Assembly (NCBI GenBank): GCA_964016885.1
Contig: OZ024760.1
Location: forward strand, 2,232,001-2,296,000
DNA: 64,000 nucleotides
Direction: 5' to 3'
DNA from: Eledone cirrhosa
Taxonomy: Eukaryota
Position numbers and translations under genes: made by a program. The notes under the pieces were generated by a model, which was not told the DNA's origin, made no database searches, and was given only the letters and a program-made list of their open reading frames with translations. Position 1 is the first letter of the stretch. Each line of letters opens with the position of its first letter. Below, piece after piece: positions 52,835-64,000 of the stretch.

Positions 52835-55800
52835 GCTAGTGTATATTATAATAGTAGATTTTGTAATTAATCTACCATTCTTACTATCTTAAACACCATC
52901 TCTGCTATTACATCTAATATTCTACCAAGTCCTACTCAATTGCTAGTGTATATTATAATAGTAGATTTTGTAATTAATCTACCATTCTTACTATCTTAAA
53001 CACCATCTCTGCTATTACATCTAATATTCTACCAAGTCCTACTCAATTGCTAGTGTATATTATAATAGTAGATTTTGTAATTAATCTACCATTCTTACTA
53101 TCTTAAACACCATCTCTGCTATTACATCTAATATTCTACCAAGTCCTACTCAATTGCTAGTGTATATTATAATAGTAGATTTTGTAATTAGTCTACCATT
53201 CTTACTATCTTAAACACCATCTCTGCTATTACATCTAATATTCTACCAAGTCCTACTCAATTGCTAGTGTATATTATAATAGTAGATTTTGTAATTAATC
53301 TACCATTCTTACTATCTTAAACACCATCTCTGCTATTACATCTAATATTCTACCAAGTCCTACTCAATTGCTAGTGTATATTATAATAGTAGATTTTGTA
53401 ATTAATCTACCATTCTTACTATCTTAAACACCATCTCTGCTATTACATCTAATATTCTACCAAGTCCTACTCAATTGCTAGTGTATATTATAATAGTAGA
53501 TTTTGTAATTAATCTACCATTCTTACTATCTTAAACACCATCTCTGCTATTACATCTAATATTCTACCAAGTCCTACTCAATTGCTAGTGTATATTATAA
53601 TAGTAGATTTTGTAATTAATCTACCATTCTTACTATCTTAAACACCATCTCTGCTATTACATCTAATATTCTACCAAGTCCTACTCAATTGCTAGTGTAT
53701 ATTATAATAGTAGATTTTGTAATTAATCTACCATTCTTACTATCTTAAACACCATCTCTGCTATTACATCTAATATTCTACCAAGTCCTACTCAATTGCT
53801 AGTGTATATTATAATAGTAGATTTTGTAATTAATCTACCATTCTTACTATCTTAAACACCATCTCTGCTATTACATCTAATATTCTACCAAGTCCTACTC
53901 AATTGCTAGTGTATATTATAATAGTAGATTTTGTAATTAATCTACCATTCTTACTATCTTAAACACCATCTCTGCTATTACATCTAATATTCTACCAAGT
54001 CCTACTCAATTGCTAGTGTATATTATAATAGTAGATTTTGTAATTAATCTACCATTCTTACTATCTTAAACACCATCTCCGCTATTACATCTAATATTCT
54101 ACCAAGTCCTACTCAATTGCTAGTGTATATTATAATAGTAGATTTTGTAATTAATCTACCATTCTTACTATCTTAAACACCATCTCTGCTATTACATCTA
54201 ATATTCTACCAAGTCCTACTCAATTGCTAGTGTATATTATAATAGTAGATTTTGTAATTAATCTACCATTCTTACTATCTTAAACACCATCTCCGCTATT
54301 ACATCTAATATTCTACCAAGTCCTACTCAATTGCTAGTGTATATTATAATAGTAGATTTTGTAATTAATCTACCATTCTTACTATCTTAAACACCATCTC
54401 TGCTATTACATCTAATATTCTACCAAGTCCTACTCAATTGCTAGTGTATATTATAATAGTAGATTTTGTAATTAATCTACCATTCTTACTATCTTAAACA
54501 CCATCTCTGCTATTACATCTAATATTCTACCAAGTCCTACTCAATTGCTAGTGTATATTATAATAGTAGATTTTGTAATTAGTCTACCATTCTTACTATC
54601 TTAAACATCATCTCTGCTATTACATCTAATATTCTACCAAGTCCTACTCAATTGCTAGTGTCTGTTATAATAGTAGATTTTGTAATTAATTAACTATTCT
54701 TACTATCTTAAACATCATCTCTGCTATTACATCTAATATTCTACCAAGTCCTACTCAATTGCTAGAGTATATTATAATAGTAGATTTTTATAATTAATTA
54801 ACCATTCTTAATATGTTAAACATCATCTCTGCTATTAGATCTAATATTCTACCAAGTCCTACTCAATTGCTAGTGTCTATTATAATAGTAGATTTTATAA
54901 TTAGTCTACCATTCTTACTATCTTAAACATCATCTCTGCTATTACATCTAATATTCTACCAAGTCCTACTCAATTGCTAGTGTATATTATAATAGTAGAT
55001 TTTGTAATTAATTAACCATTCTTACTATCTTAAACATCATCTCTGCTATTACACCTAATATTCTACCAAGTCCTACTCAATTGCTAGTGTATATTATAAT
55101 AGTAGATTTTGTAATTAATTAACCATTTTTACTATCTTAAACATCATCTCTGCTATTACATCTAATATTCTACCAAATCCTACTCAATTGCTAGTGTATA
55201 TTATAATAGTAGATTTTGTAATTAGTCTACCATTCTTACTATCTTAAACATCATCTCTGCTATTACATCTAATATTCTACCAAGTCCTACTCAATTGCTA
55301 GTGTATATTATAATAGTAGATTTTGTAATTAGTCTACCATTCTTCCTATCTTAAACATCATCTCTGCTATTACATCTAATATTCTACCAAGTCCTACTCA
55401 ATTGCTAGTGTCTGTTATAATAGTAGATTTTGTAATTAGTCTACCATTGTTCCTATCTTAAACATCACCTCTACCTTACCACTCCTTCATCTTAAAGAAC
55501 TTATATAATTTCCATCACAAAATCTTTAAATTGGTGGCATCTGGAACCTTTACTATTGTGAATCTATTCAGGTATTCACAAGTTGATAATCAGAACGGCA
55601 GCTTAAATATTGGTTTAGCTGTAGTTCAATACACTTATTGGCATTGTTCTGGCTCCGAATAAATGGAAAGCAGGCAGAAACAGCCTCTGTCAGAAACAAA
55701 GAAAACTCTTCTTTTGCAGAACTCAAAAGTTTGCATCTACACCCACCCACCCCGCACACACACACACACACACACATAACAAAGACACACACACACACAT

Positions 55801-56482
55801 ATAACAAACACACACATACACACACAAACACACACACATACACATTCACAAACACACACATACACACACATAACAAACACACAAACACAAAAACATGCAC
55901 ATTCACACATGCACAAACACACACACCACACACACACAGAGAAACTCCACCTACGGCCATTCACACATGATCACCACCTATACTATCACTAAAGCAGCCA
56001 TTCACACACCACCACCAGCTCCACCTCCACCACCACCACCACCACCACCACACCCCTACCTCTCCTACATTCCTATAATTCTATACTTTCTCTAACTTTA
56101 AAAGCTGAACCATTCATGATTAAATTTACATTGAAATATTTCAAACCGAATTAACAGGAAATTTTACAAGAGAACATTTCCCAGGCTATAACAATACAAT
56201 TCTGAGTATATAGTTAATCAAGGTATTATCCTGTATTATCAATCTCTGAGGGGATGGGCATGTCTGGCTTTCATCTATGGTTTATTGTGGCTTATAGTGT
56301 CAAATGTTAGCACTTGTAATTACTATATTTTAGATAGGTAAGTAGATAGATAGATATGTTTCTTTATTAGCCATAGGGGCACAAAAGAAGGGGACAAATA
56401 CAAAGGTAAGTAAGTAGATGGATAGATAGATAAATATGAAAATAGATAGATAGACAGAAATATAGGTTGATAGACAGGTAGG

Positions 56483-56529
<47 letters not shown>

Positions 56530-56934
56530 ATAGATAAGTAGGTAAGTAGACAGACAGACAGATAGATAGATAGAAAGCAATATGAAGATAGCTAGACAGA
56601 CAGATAGATAGATATATTTCTTAGGTAGATAGACAGGCAGATTGATAGATAAATAGATAGACAGATAGATAGACAGGCAGACATATAGATAGATATGTAG
56701 GTAGATAGATAGATAGTGTAGGTAACATGGTAAAAACCTCCCAGTTCCACACTGTAAATATGGTTGGTGTTAGGAAGGGCATCCAGCCGTAGAAAACCCA
56801 CCAGACAGTCCTATGCGAGCAAGACAATCACTCTTGCCTCAAGTGGGAAAACTCTCGTCCAAACCCATGCGAGCGTGGAATATGGACGTTAAACGAAGAT
56901 GATGATGATGATGATGATAGATAGGCAGATACCC

Positions 56935-57400
56935 AGTATATTTCAACATATTTCAGGGTTATTACCCTCTTTTCAAATGTGAAGCTGAAACAGTTCAAGA
57001 CAAAAAACAATCGGTGTTCTTCCTTAACTGGCCTATATGTCTGAAATATATCCATGTGAAGCCGTTATAGTAGCCATTCTGTTTCATGCATTTCCAGTCT
57101 ATTATTTATCTGTGTTTTTTTCTGGTTGATGTTAATAGCCTCTTTGATTCTTAACTTGCCTACGTTCCTTTCCGTCACTTGGTGACATCAATTTCTTGGC
57201 TGCAACATCTGTGAAGATGTTTTTTTTAACAAAGGAAATTCTCATTGTCATTATGTGCTCCATGATCCATATGTGTAGCATCTGGATGGTATTTTATGTA
57301 CGAGGAGCTACATTTTTTTACATATGACCTTATATAACCCATACACTCTCATGCACACGTCTACATTGTTGATGGGGCAATTAGGAAGTGTGCACATATT
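56935..57400 (-). mobile_element. Degraded Penelope-like endonuclease C-terminus and 3' UTR
   Basis: Minus strand reads ...TERNVGKLRIKEAININQ, followed by a degenerate hammerhead (tttgaaaa-gagggt/accct-GAAAtatg). Confidence 0.45.
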
Positions 57401-57739
57401 GTATGTATGGGAAATTTACTGCATTGTACCAGATTTTTGAAACATATCTGCCCTTTATTACATATCTCACAATGCTTTGAATTAACTATAATACAAACAC
57501 ACACATATATATTTCAAAGAACACAAAAGCCTTTAGGAAATTCAACACATTTGTTTTATTATTTTTCAACACTAAAAGGTTTTGGTTTTCCTTTAAATAG
57601 ATATTAATGCTGTGATGTAGATATTTCCGAATCTTTTGCATCTTATCTCTCTGGTTTTATTTGATTTATTTCATTAACAATCATAACAACACATTGAGCT
57701 TCCCAGTATTTTGTTTAGTCAAAACTAAGAGGATATCTC

Positions 57740-58150
57740 CATTTATACATCTTTATACGTAAATATGACTTATGACTAGCAAGCGGCTCAGTAATCATAT
57801 CTGTATCAGTGAGTTGCTCAACATTACCAGACTTAGTCCAATTACATCAATTGTCAAGTCAAGAGTACTCAAACTACACAGTCATATAAAAAGATCAACT
57901 CGTGGTGTGAGTAGGTTATGCCTGGAAGGGAGGTTGGCTGGTAAGAGAAGCAGAGGCTGGCAGCAAAAACGATGGCTTGACAATGTCAACTTATGGACTC
58001 GACTTGATCTTTACTCTTTAAACTCTGCTGTTGGTGATCGAAAGGAACTATATATTCCTGGAAGGAAGGTTGGCTGGTAAGAGAACCAGAGGCCGGCAGC
58101 CAAAACAATGGCTTGATAATGTCAACTTATGGACTCGACTTGATCTTTGC
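57740..58150 (+). mobile_element. RTE-type LINE 3' fragment with a duplicated segment
   Basis: SIVKSRVLKLHSHIKR...LEGRLAGKRSRGWQQKRWLDNV, with the last part repeated. Confidence 0.75.
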
Positions 58151-58693
58151 TTGATATCACATGTTGATGCACCAGTCTGCAACTGGCAGATTTTAGCATC
58201 ACAAGAAGATGTATATATAATGTAATTAAATTTGAAGGGACACACACACACAGACACAGACACACACATATATATATATATATATATATGAATGACATAA
58301 ATACATACATATATATTGAGTGATGTAAATGCACAAAATAACATATCAAACTTTAACAGGAGACAATCTTGACAAGGAGCAAAACATTCCGAAACAATTG
58401 TCAATTGTCGTTGTTTTTTCAGCTACTGCTGGAACAAAAGGATGATGTTGTCATCTCTACCACGTGATATTTATGAGGCTGTTTACTTGTAAACAAACTG
58501 AATATTAATAACGTTATGATATTATTATATTATTAGTATTACACTAGGATAATTGCTGGCCTTGTGCCAAAAGTAGAAACAATTAATATTATTATTCACT
58601 CAAGAATACATTTAGGTATCCACCATGTTAAGAGTGAAAACAAATTTTTATATATATATATATAAATATATATATGTGTGTGTGTGTATATAT

Positions 58694-59033
58694 ATGGAGG
58701 CACATGGCTTAGTGGTTAGAGCAGTGGCCTTGCAATCGAAAGGTTGTGAGTTCAATTCTCAGACCGGGTGATGTGTTGTTTCCTTGAGCAAGACACTTTA
58801 TTTCACATTGCTCCAGTTTACTCAGCTGTAGAAATGAGATGATAGGGACTGGGGTCCCTATCATTCCACTGCAAAGTGGTCGTGGAGGCGCCACAGTAAA
58901 AAAGCACCCAGCACTCACTGTAAATGAGGTTGGTGTTAGGAAGGGCATCCAGCTGTAAAAATCAAGCCAGAATCAGTTCCCGTCCCACCCTTGCAAGCAG
59001 GGAAAAGCGGACATAAAATGATGATGATGATGA
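58694..59033 (+). mobile_element. tRNA-derived SINE (family 1)
   Basis: Same consensus. Confidence 0.92.
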
Positions 59034-59069
59034 TGTGTGTGTGTGTATATATACATATATATGTGTGTG

Positions 59070-59106
<37 letters not shown>

Positions 59107-59263
59107 TTGTTATTTGCCGAGAATAAGTAAGTGACATAGTCACTACTTTAAAACTCATAGCGAATGGTCTTCAAAATGTTTTTAATTAAACATACAGTAC
59201 ATTGCCAAATATACTGTACATACATTCATGTATACATCGCTATTTCAGAGCACCAATACTAAT

Positions 59264-59310
<47 letters not shown>

Positions 59311-61377
59311 ATCAGGAATGATCGACTTTCGTCAAATCGGACCGAGGAAACAATGCTTCCATTGGTCTTTCCAATTGCTAGTACTATCTATCGGTCGCAA
59401 CTCCAGGTAGAAGGAGCAACGTGAAATAAAGTGTCTTGCTCAAGGACATAACGCATCGCTCGGTCCGGGGATCGAACTCACAATCTCACGATTGCGAATC
59501 CAATTCTCTAACCACTCAGCCACACGCCTTCTTAATTGTTTCTACTTTTGGCACAAGGCCAGGAATTACCCAGAGCATTACTGGTACTTTATTTTATCGA
59601 CCCCGTAAGGATGAAACGCAAAGTTAACCTCTGCAGGATTTGAACTCAGATCATACAGGGACGTAACTCCATGCTGCAAAGCATGGTGTCCAACTCTCTA
59701 CCGATACTGCCAAATGATGAAGATATATATATATAACATAGATATATTTCTTTATTAGCCACAGGGGCACAAAAGAAGGGGACAAATACAAAGGGGGAAG
59801 TTTATATATATATAACATAGATAGATATATTTCTTTATTAGCCACAGGGGCACAAAAGAAGGGGACAAATACAAAGGGGGAAGTTTATATATATATAACA
59901 TAGATAGATATATTTCTTTATTAGCCACAGGGGCACAAAAGAAGGGGACAAATACAAAGGGGGAAGTTTACATACAATAAAAACGTGTAAAATGTTATCA
60001 CAGATGGAATTTAAAAGTTAGTCGATTTTCCCCAATAGAGGGAGACAGTTTATATGGGTAACACAGACCCCCGAAAAAAATGTGCAACCCTCATCTCCAG
60101 GAGTACGAAGAGCTTGTACTCCTTTCCTCTCCTCCTCCTTTTCCTCAACCTACAGGCTGATATAGAGAGAAGGCCCATTCACTCGGGCCATTCTCGCCAC
60201 TTTCACCCACCTTTCATAAAACTTGCTGGGGTACAGCACCTCTCTCTCCATCCTGATTCTTCTTCCAAAAACATAGATAGATAGATAGATAGATAGATAA
60301 AGAAAGAGAGAGAGGGGAGAGAGAGCAAGAAAGAGAGATACTTAAAAGATTAATAGTACCTTGACTGACTTCTGTTCATTTCTCTTATCTACATTAACCG
60401 TTAGTTCTTGAAAATCTGCTTAAGAAAACACTTAAGCAGCTTTATTAACATCTATAGGTGAGAACATGAGGCAGAGTCTTTAGAAGATCGGATAGAGTAC
60501 TTTATGGCATTTGTTCTGACTCTCTGGTCTCTGAGTTCAAATCCTGCTGAGGTCAACTTTGCCTTTCATCCTTTTGGGGGTCACTAAAAAAAAAGTACCA
60601 GTCTAGTACTGGGGTTGATTCTTCCTCTCTTTGGAAGAAATCTGCTGTGCTCAGGCCTGGAGAGGGATGTTGGCAATGAGGATGATGATGATGTTGTTGA
60701 TAATGATGATGATGATGGTGATGATGTTGGCAATGATGATGATGATGATGACAATGGTGAAGATGATGATGACAGCAATGTAGATACTGATGATGTTGAT
60801 AATAATTGTTTCTACTTTTGGCACAAGGCCAGCAAATACCCAGTGCATTACTGGTACTTTATTTTATCGACCCCGTAAGGATGAAAGGCAAAGTTGACCT
60901 CGGCGGGATTTGAACTCAGATGATGTTGATAATAATGATGGTGGTGGGGTGGACAATGGTATTGATTATGATTTTGATGACAATGTTGACGATGATATGG
61001 TGAACAGCAACAGTGAACAGTAAACAGGTAAAGACACTCTTAGGTCATAAATGACCATGGGATTTACACCTAGAAAGTTCCCCTCCGAGATACAAGTCCG
61101 GGCAAGATTGTTTGTAGAAGACCAACAGTCGCCCATGTATACAAGTCTCCTCTCTCCACACCACTGATGTTGTCCAAGAGAAAGGCAATGGCTGATACAG
61201 CTTGGCACCAGTGACGTCACAATTCATTTCTACAGCTGAGTGAACTGGAGCAACATGAAAATAAAGTGTCTTGCTCAAGGACACAATGCAAAGCTCGATC
61301 AGGGAATCAAACTCGCAACTTCACAATTGTAAGCCCAACACTCTAACCACGAAGCCATGCACCTCCACACATATATA

Positions 61378-61715
61378 TCATTTCATCATCATCATTTCAT
61401 TTTACGCCCTGCTTGCAAGGGTGGGACAGGAACTGATTCTGGCTTGATTTCTACAGCTGGATGCCCTTCCTAACACCAACCTCATTTACAGTGAGTGCTG
61501 GTTGCTTTTTTGCCGTGACACCTCCACGACCACTTTGCATTGGAATGATATGGACCCCAGTCCCTATCATCTCATTTCTACAGCTGAGTAAACTGGAGCA
61601 ATGTGAAATAAAGTGTCTTGCTCAAGGAAACAACACATCACCCGGTCTGAGAATTGAACTCACAACCTTTTGATTGCAAGGCCAATGCTCTAACCACTAA
61701 GCCATGTGCCTCCAT
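61378..61715 (-). mobile_element. tRNA-derived SINE (family 1)
   Basis: Same consensus. Abuts a related SINE with a different body at about 61040-61370. Partial copies also at 8237-8400, 26125-26396 and 32952-33122. Confidence 0.9.
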
Positions 61716-61892
61716 ATGTATATATATATAGTGTATAGTAATAATAATAAACGTGAAGACTAAAATCCAAAGAGGGCTCGATAAGGATAAATATATATCA
61801 AATATATAAGAACCCTAGAGCAAATATTTATTAAAAAAACAGATTAAAGTTTAAGCAAAGAATCGCTGCTTTCACCCTTTAATAAATATATA

Positions 61893-61927
<35 letters not shown>

Positions 61928-62071
61928 ATCAAAATCATTGTACCTTTGAAATATGTATAATATATATATATATTTAAAGGTTAAACAAGGTTCAATGAAT
62001 AAATCAAAGAATGAGTTTTACAATAGATTGGAAGCACTCAACAGAATGGTTTTCCCGAGTTATTAATATTA

Positions 62072-62307
62072 ATTCAAAATATTAATAAAAATAGAACTTC
62101 TTGTGTATATTTTATTATACATATTTCAGAGGTACTGAGCTAACTTCAACAATACGTCCTCATCAGATAAAATAAGATGATGCATGACATACCCTGACAT
62201 TATTTTATCTGTTGAAGATGTACTGTTGAAGTTAGCTCAGTACCTCTGAAATATGTATAATAAAATATACTTGATCACAAGAAGCTCTATTTTTGTTAAT
62301 ATTTTGA

Positions 62308-62310
<3 letters not shown>
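62072..62310. mobile_element. Fold-back hammerhead element (family A variant)
   Basis: Inverted arms 62072-62175 and 62200-62310. The minus arm has intact CTGATGA; the plus arm has CTGTTGA. Confidence 0.78.
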
Positions 62311-62393
<83 letters not shown>

Positions 62394-63118
62394 AGATTGG
62401 AAATAGCATGGAAAATATATTTAAAGGTCTGTTTTTCTTTTTTTTCCTTTCTAGTGACATTATTGAAAAGATGACATTATTGAAAAAATGAGAGGGACAA
62501 TTCTTTTAAAAAAGAGTTTTATAATGTATATACTTTATATACATTATAAAACTCTTTTATTTCCAATCTCACCTTTTCTCTATAGCCACTGTTTTGTATC
62601 GAACCTTACTTCCCTTTTCAAATATATATATATATATATAAATATCTTTTAACATTCACATGACCTCTACCGACCAATCAAAATTGTTTTGACCACAAGA
62701 ATTTTTGCAACACGAATTGGCGCAAAACTTATTTTAATACATCTGGAGCCACTTTTTTCACATAAAACAGGTAGAATTTCCAAAACTAATCAGATTAGAG
62801 CAAACATCACGGGCGCTCTATCTCAAAATTATTTTTGAAAAGTATTAGAAATGCGCAACCGGTAAAACTTAAAACCAAAACTGAATACTAACCAATACTA
62901 TTACTAATTTTTACTTATTCCTAATTAAACTATTTTTCACTGGGAACAATTTGTCAGCATTTTCTTTTCCGTTTACCAATATATATATATATATATGAAA
63001 TATATACATATATACATATCTATATACATATACATAGAGACATATATAAGCCCAATTATTTAACCACTAAGCCATGCACCTTCACACAGCAACAATAACA
63101 ACAAGAACAAGAACTTAC

Positions 63119-63363
63119 CCACTTGGAGATATACCAAAAGAACCCCGTGCAGCAACAGCACTAAACTTTGACATCTTTCCATATTTCTGTGGACTCGACG
63201 GTAAGGAATGTCTTTGGCTTTTTATTATCAACTGCTTACCATCCTCCCCATCTTCCCCCCCTTCCTCCTCCTCTTCACCTTGTACATCTTCAAAGCCTCC
63301 CTTTTGCCAAATACCAACAGAACCATCCGGTGCATTGTATGTGAGTTCAAAGTCAACTTTTGT
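63119..63363 (-). CDS. OTOF: Otoferlin exon (end of C2A and start of linker), 245 bp, phase 0 to 2
   Basis: ttttcag|ACAAAAGTT...CCAAGTGG|gtaagt. Translates TKVDFELTYNAPDGSVGIWQKGGFEDVQGEEEEEGG...SFGISPSG, resembling vertebrate otoferlin TSLCVEVRYQATDGTVGSW. Open frame throughout. Confidence 0.85.
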
Positions 63364-63439
63364 CTGAAAAGTAAAAAAAATAAAAATAATAATAACAAAA
63401 ATAATAAAAATATAATAATAATAATAAAAATAATAATAA

Positions 63440-64000
63440 TGCTTTCTTTATTAACCGCAAGGGTTTACATAAAGTAGACATTAAGGACAGTACAGGACGG
63501 TACAAATGGGCATTTCTGCATGTAAAAAAAACCAGAGGATGTAATAAAAAAATAACAATGAAAAATTCCCCAATAGGGGGGAGACTACGGAGGGACATTT
63601 GTGGAGAAAGCCCAGTAAAAGGCCACAGTGACCCTGACCAACAAGGCAAGTGCCCTCTCCCAGTTTTCCACTTTTAATTTACGGATATGTACTCAGAGTA
63701 GGCCCATTCACTCGGGCCATTCTTGCTTCTCTCACCCATCTTTCAACAAAATGCTGGGAAGAGAGCACTTTCCTCTCTACCCTGATTTTCCTTTTCAAAT
63801 GAAATTTGAAAAAGTCAATCAGGGCATCACCGAAGTGGTAAGTGCTCGTCTTCAGCCCTTTCAAACATGTCCACCATACTATCTCTTTTGCCATGGCCAC
63901 CAGACAGATAAAAACTGCCTGCCCTTCCCGGCTAAAGGAAGAGGGCGGGGAAATCCTCACGATGGACTCAGATGATAGCCGGATCCGTCCTACACGCGAC
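63440..64000 (-). mobile_element. L1/Tx1-like LINE 3' fragment
   Basis: AKEIVWWTCLKG...FFKFHLKRKIRVERKVLSSQHFVERW. Related 3' ends at 22140-22830 and 59735-60270, the latter with a triplicated tail. Confidence 0.7.

Larger units (their letters stand above)
48847..55470. repeat. 107-bp tandem satellite (about 26 copies), interrupted by the Gypsy element
   Basis: Unit catctctgctattacatctaatattctaccaagtcctactcaattgctagtgtatattataatagtagattttgtaattaatctaccattcttactatcttaaacac. Period 107 (52901, 53008, 53115). Confidence 0.95.

Overview
Eukaryotic, AT-rich DNA saturated with microsatellites. The SINE/MITE repertoire and the gene content suggest a coleoid cephalopod (octopus-like); this is inference. 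The only host gene found is an otoferlin (ferlin family) gene on the minus strand. Seven phase-consistent GT-AG exons (63119-63363, 36105-36193, 34938-35079, 34175-34229, 31766-31897, 25344-25406, 12697-12781) encode the end of C2A, the linker and C2B. The rest is intron. It holds tRNA-derived SINEs, RTE/CR1/Tx1/CRE-like LINE fragments, TTAA-flanked piggyBac-like MITEs and several satellites, three of them amplified from LINE coding sequence. It also holds a 5'-truncated Penelope-like element and at least a dozen short hammerhead-ribozyme-bearing elements, most inserted as fold-back inverted pairs in (TA)n. A 3.8-kb Mag-like Gypsy LTR retrotransposon (49011-52834) has identical LTRs, a 5-bp TSD and broken ORFs. 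It has no tRNA PBS; a 15-nt sequence complementary to its own LTR sits at that position, suggesting self-primed reverse transcription.
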